Shown here piece after piece: positions 59,701 to 64,000 of a stretch of 64,000 nucleotides of DNA. Each line of letters opens with the position of its first letter. The first letter of the stretch is position 1. Position numbers and translations under genes: made by a program. The notes under the pieces are model-generated. The model did no database searches and was not told where the DNA came from. It saw nothing but the letters and a program-made list of their open reading frames with translations. Source of the stretch: Pelagomonas calceolata (lineage: Eukaryota); assembly GCA_918797485.1 (NCBI GenBank), contig CAKKNE010000004.1, forward strand, positions 2,046,001 to 2,110,000, in the 5' to 3' direction.

Positions 59701-60390
59701 CAAGCCAGAAGCGTCGGCCTCGTCGTCCACGAGAACGCCAAGTGCGGCGTATTTACGCTGCTGAGCACGGTGAACAGGCCGGAGAGATGGGCGCTCTTTT
59801 CAGAAGCCGAGGACTTGTCACGGCTGGCGGGCGCGACCGCGGCTCTGGCGCCTTCGGCGGCCGTCGAACCCGCGCCGTTAGCGGCGGTTTTGGCGCCGGT
59901 GCCGGCACCTGCGCCGCGCACCGAAGTTGACAGCGGCTCGATCGCTGTGAGGCTCGCTGCTTTGCGCGCCGCCGGCGTCGTGACGGGAGCAGAAGCCGAA
60001 GAGTTGGCACGACGGGCGCGCGCGGACGAACTCCGGGAACTCCGGGTCCGGGATCCGCCGACGTCGCTCGAGGCGCTCCGGGCCGCGGGTATACCGCCGC
60101 CGCCGCAACCGCGGGAGTCGACGCACCTCCCAGGCTTCGCGCCGGCGACGGCGCCGGCGCCGCGCGAGGAAGGCTGGGTTGAGGGCGGCTCGACGGCGGC
60201 AAGGACCGCGATCGAGGCGCTCCGGGCCGCGGGAGTTCCGCCGCCGCCGCCTCCGCATCCGCGGGAGTCGGTTCATCTCCCAGGCTTCGCGCCGGCGCGA
60301 TTCCGCTCGAGCAGCCCCCTCCACGACGACGCGGCGGCGCTCCGGGAACGGTCGGCTGCTGACGACCGCGCCGAGGCGGGCCTCGAATAA
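56743..60390 (+). CDS. SAM + RING (C3HC4) + winged-helix-like repeats + three OST-HTH/LOTUS domains
   Basis: SAM LGLTRYLENC..ECID...DIRELGLPIGPARRF; RING CEICMD...C..AHEFCVDC...CPTCR; LOTUS YRKVHGKAIDYRALGFERL, YREAHGKDIDYRALGFKKF, YREKYGSGFDYKRLGFANI. Confidence 0.85.
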   Translation: MATRELEAILVRLGLTRYLENCRRECIDDDCLDTLERDDIRELGLPIGPARRFEAALADRRRSRGSAEVSPVTPSPAAPRRPEPAQPPAAAAPPLPAPPRDASGETLWPTGPPGEGTLCEICMDSAVAVRLECSGAHEFCVDCLDRWAQQTALKAQAHTSCPTCRAPVVKAVDIATGAPRPLTKLVTAWGGAGTPAARARQRIEALAFAERREAAERERAAAAALAERERVAAAARAAAEAAERERRRRQAPTAILRREPTPPPQNAEVDAAAFARALAPWVASRGGRVAATELSQFYRSEAAGGLVIPKKGALKLLQPVAAAAGLRVSQTTDSAYVIETAPAPSPEPSVSGGTAVAFARALRGWIASRKGGRIEANELAEFYKSPAARGRGALAISNLGGPLKLLRPVAAAEGLRIVQRTNGQHAIEVVAPTVGAAAPPASLRAVEGEILAVVDDRGGQIAFGELAEAYRKVHGKAIDYRALGFERLRLLVEHLPGIDFDPRVTSKPVHAVLRRAVAGDQPTTRDARGTAPQNVGPPAALRAVEREILTIIDGHGLNNGTEIMADKLCGRYREAHGKDIDYRALGFKKFKLLVEQLPSLIWVAKPGAPPYVRRLHAAPSAATPAPAPATTPAAPAAPTTRDGVVDALATWIGGLPHPRARSTDVDRWLAWHRARSDVVPEGLDWLTVGQLAPHGLRKRRATEGVFWIEVAAAASAPAPVPSTATSAPAPAVPAAPASDGPVAPEPTDPLALFMTRARAYVDRAGALLGNDAPGATKLPTPRKQLIELCAQQYGLRFQDRADGEHWVLVDGDQWLASQRQAVEAAFDGAAAPPPPSSSRRGEPAALRRLESRAMTHVRELLSERGSIYISDLSRLYREKYGSGFDYKRLGFANIGAFVREMPGLEWEDAGGGVVRLAQAPPPGSFPDQPAPSRETIPLVSEIRDTEGMRALAAFVAKCPQGRLALSKDDEDPDEARFGLSKETIRAQARSVGLVVHENAKCGVFTLLSTVNRPERWALFSEAEDLSRLAGATAALAPSAAVEPAPLAAVLAPVPAPAPRTEVDSGSIAVRLAALRAAGVVTGAEAEELARRARADELRELRVRDPPTSLEALRAAGIPPPPQPRESTHLPGFAPATAPAPREEGWVEGGSTAARTAIEALRAAGVPPPPPPHPRESVHLPGFAPARFRSSSPLHDDAAALRERSAADDRAEAGLE

Positions 60391-60420
60391 TTGTGCTAAG
60401 ATTGTTACCCAGCGACTACC

Positions 60421-63400
60421 TCACACATCGTCGCCGACGGCGTCGCCGCAGCGCGCGCAGAGCGCCGGGTGGTTTGCGAGAGACCCCACGGTGCTATCGT
60501 GGTACCAGCACCGCGCGCAGCGAGCCGTCGACGCCTCGACGACCCCGACCGTCGCGCCCGTGAACGAGTCCGCGGCCGCGACGACGTGCTGGTCGGCGCA
60601 GACGCCGCAGACGGCGTTGCTATCGGCGACGACCTCCACGTCGGACACCAGAAACAGAAACCGCAGGTCGTCGACCGCGTCGGCGACGTCCTTGCCGTGC
60701 GGCGCGATGACCTGAGACGTGTCCGCGAGGCCCGCGAGCGACGCGTCGAATGCCGCGCGCTTCTCTGCGTCAGCTGGAGGGGCCACGACGACCTTCGCAT
60801 CCAACGAAGCGCCCACGAGCTTGTCGCGGCGCGCCGCCTCGAGGGCCCGATTGGCGTCATCGCGCAATTGCCGCCGCGCGTCCCACTTGGCCTCGTCGTG
60901 GGCTTGGAAGGGCGCCAAGGAACCCCGCGTCCACGGCTCCGCGAGGTCGAAGACCGAGCCTCTCTCGCTAGAAAACGCGTCGCCGGCTTTGTAAGGTAAC
61001 GCCTGCCAGAGCTCCTCGGCGAGGTGCGGCAATAGAGGAGCTAATAATCTTGGTAGAGTATTCAAACAAGCGATCAAGACGCTCTGGCACGACCGCCGCC
61101 GCGCCGAGTGCTGCGGACTGACGTAGAGCCGATCCTTCGCGACGTCGAGGTATAACGCGGACAATTCGTTGGTAGCGAACGCAGATAGGGCATTAACAGC
61201 CCGCTGGAACTGGTACTGGTCGTAGGCGTCGTAGCATTCTACTTCGAGGGCGTTCAACCGTCCCAGTAACCACTTGTCTAGCGATGGTAGTGTATCGTAC
61301 TGAGCAGAGGCGTCGTAGGCAGCAAAATCAGCACTACCTTCTTTCGGAACATCAGCGACGTTGCCGACCATATACCTCAACGTATTGCGCAACTTCCGGT
61401 ACTGCTCAAACACCTGCTTGATGGCGTTCGGCCCGATGCGGACATCCGACGAGTAGTCTACCGTGGCGACCCACAGCCTCAAAACGTCGGCCCCATACGC
61501 CGGCTCCTTCTTCAGGTTGTTGCCTCCTTCGATCACTAGTTTCGGATCCACCACATTGCCTAGGGACTTGCTCATCTTGAACCCTTTTTCGTCCAGTACA
61601 AAACCATGGGTCAATACGGAAGAATAGGGCGCTTTATTTCTGCACGCTACGGATGTGAGTAGTGAAGACTGGAACCAGCCCCGATGCTGGTCGCTCCCTT
61701 CGAGGTACAAGTCGGCCGGTTCGTCGTCGCTCTTCCCGAGCTCGGATCTCTGACCAACAACACCGGCCCAGGACGTCCCGGAGTCGAACCAGACGTCCAT
61801 CGTGTCCGTGCCCTTGACGTAGTCGCCCTTATTTGATATCGTATCAGGTAGTAACTCGTCTACCTCGAGCTCGAACCAGACGTTCGTACCCCTTTCTTCG
61901 ACGAGTGATACGATCCTATCCAAGGTCTCATCCGTAACTAAGGGCTCGCCCGTCTCCTTATGATAGAATACAGGTAAAGGTACGCCCCAGGATCTTTGTC
62001 TAGAAATACACCAGTCGCCGCGCAGCTCCGTCATCGCGCTAATTCTATTTTTACCTACCGATGGGGTCCACTCTACTTCATTGATGGCTCTCAGAGCGTC
62101 TTCTCGGAAGCTATCAACAGAAGCGAACCACTGGTCCGTCGCTCTCATCAGCACCGGTTTTTTGGTCCTCCAGTCGTAGGGGTATCTGTGTTCATATGGT
62201 TCTGACAATAAAACCTTGTCGCCTAAGCGCTCCGTGATTTCCTCCGACCCCTTCGTTAGTACGGGTAGGCCCTCCAAGTCAGCACCGGCTTCACTCGTAA
62301 ATTTGCCCGCAGCGTCCACAGGACTGAAGGGAGGCAAGTCATATTTCAGACCGGTCTGGTAGTCGTCCTGGCCGTGTCCTGGTGCGGTGTGGACTAAACC
62401 AGTGCCGCCCTCGGACGTGATGTAGTCTCCCCCCAAAACGACGGACGCGTCTCCTGGGATCGCGTTATTTGGTACTGGTCTGCTATAAGTAGTCCCAACG
62501 AGCGCCTCGCCCTTCAACAAGCCAATCACATTTAATGGAGTGTCGAACTTCGCCGCTAGTTCGTCCACCAAATCTTCGGCGACGATGAGCTTTCGTTCAC
62601 CAGAATCAACTACGGCATACGTCAAATCACCATTGACAGCAACAGCTAAATTCGCGGGCAGGGTCCAGGGCGTCGTCGTCCAGACCGCGAGTTGCACTGG
62701 ATCACTAGTGAGCTTTTGCAATGCTTCACTCTTGGAAGTGACGTCGAGCGCCGCGTAGACGGAGGGCGACGTGTGGCCTGCGTTCGCGCGACGCGTGAGA
62801 CGCGTAGACTCTCGGACGGCCACGCCGACGCCATCGCCGCGACCTTGTCAAAAAGGGACGCCGGCAACAAGTACCATCAGGATATTCTAATTCAGCCTCG
62901 GCCAAGGCAGTGCGACTGGACGGCGAGTACCAGACGGGCTTCAGGCCTCGATAAATGGACCCGCGCTTGAACATCGCCGCGAAGACCCGCAATTGAGCTG
63001 CTTCATATGCCGGCTGCAAGGTCAAGTAAGGCTGGTCCCAATCGGCCCAGACGCCATACCTCTTGAATGACTCCCTTTGCGATTCGACGGTCTCCTGGGC
63101 GAATTGGGCGGCTCGTTCTCTTAACTGTAGAGGTGTGAGCGGCGGCGGCATCTCGCCCGTCTTCTTTTTTATTTTTTTGTTTTTGTCGTTAATTTGCTGT
63201 AAAACTTTGAGCTCGATGGGCAGGCCGTGGCAGTCCCAGCCCGGCACATATCGGACCTTATCTCCTCTCAACATGCGACTGCGATTAATAAAGTCCTTGA
63301 GGATTTTGTTGAGCGCGTGGCCGATGTGCAGGTCGCCGTTCGCGTACGGCGGGCCGTCGTGCAGCGTGAATGCCGTACCGCCTTTCTCCCAGAGCTTCTC

Positions 63401-63634
63401 GTAGATGTTCGTGTCGGTCCAAAATTTTTGGATCTTCGGTTCCGTCTTGACGGCTCCTGCTCTCTGCGGGAACGACGTGTCCGGGAGCAAAACGGTGCCG
63501 CGGTATTTATCCTCATCCGCCACAACTTCCGGTGCTTCGGTGGCGGCCGCTTTCGGCACGGTCAGCCGGCGCGCGACCGGTCGGAGCGCCGCGCACCGCC
63601 TTGCTGCCAGCAGCATCACTGCTGTCCTCCTCAT
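60421..63634 (-). CDS. ileS: Isoleucyl-tRNA synthetase, organellar (bacterial IleRS1-type); exons 63634-62875 and 62777-60421
   Basis: [62 protein letters not shown]-terminal Zn finger CARCW...CARC; spliced [17 protein letters not shown]. Confidence 0.96.
62778..62874 (-). other. Spliceosomal intron (97 bp, GT-AG)
   Basis: GAT G|GTACTT...AACGCAG|GC CAC joins the two IleRS ORFs; contains acgccatcgccgcga motif. Confidence 0.85.
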
Positions 63635-63876
63635 CTGCTAGTCCAGCTGGAGCCGCGTTTTGCACGACTGCGGCAGCGCGTTGTCGAGACCGTCAGACAG
63701 CGTAGTCCGAGCACCACGACGCCTACAGCGTATCGCTGCGCACGGCTGACTTAGCGTCTCCAAAAGTGCATCACAGCAACTTTGGGCCCTGGCTCCCGGC
63801 CATTGGTCGCAGGTCCAAGCGCTCCCCGGCGCTCTGGAGGGACGGCTCCGTCGCGCAGAAGGACCGCTGCGGTTTT

Positions 63877-63899
63877 CTAGTGGCTTACATGCCGCTAGC
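63877..63899. promoter_or_regulatory. Recurrent upstream element
   Basis: ctagtggcttacatgccgctagc about 245 bp upstream of the IleRS ATG. Confidence 0.55.
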
Positions 63900-64000
63900 T
63901 GGTCTCTGAGATTTTGCACGAGCCCTGCGCAACGAGCACCATACAGCTTGCAGCGCAGCTTTTTGAGCCCTCCCAGCACGTCTTCTTGCAGCCGCGCCAG

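Noticed and set aside
23633..60390. Physical gene cluster of LOTUS, Tudor and helicase genes
   Set aside because: They are 14-30 kb apart among unrelated housekeeping genes; no evidence of clustering.

Overview
Gene-dense, GC-rich eukaryotic nuclear DNA with few introns. Gene content, alga-type presequences, an Aureococcus-type introner element and a MYND-RING-TPR family point to a pelagophyte alga such as Pelagomonas (inference, not a database result). About 25 genes are supported: RPAP3-like TPR protein, Mpv17, E2F, an H1-like Lys/Ala/Pro protein, bacterial-type ArsH, a RelA/SpoT-like-domain protein, a 4266-aa secreted FG-GAP/Calx-beta protein, a DExH helicase with a LOTUS-like tail, bestrophin, U2AF1, SAS-4/CENPJ, a multi-Tudor protein, FIG4, organellar ArgRS and IleRS, a DSYE-like methyltransferase and a SAM-RING-multi-LOTUS protein. 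Main non-obvious observations: (1) a ~23-bp CTAGTGYCTTACA-N-CGCTAG element recurring upstream of many genes; (2) a KCTD/BTB pseudogene with apparent strand-specific G-to-A hypermutation; (3) a MYND-RING-TPR gene split by a ~6-kb gene-bearing insertion; (4) an intact introner with 15-bp TIRs and an 8-bp TSD in arsH, whose internal motif recurs in all other introns found; (5) a half C5-DNA-methyltransferase-like ORF; (6) an HMGN-like RRSAR motif on the H1-like protein. No tRNA, rRNA or CRISPR array was recognised. All domain calls were made by eye.
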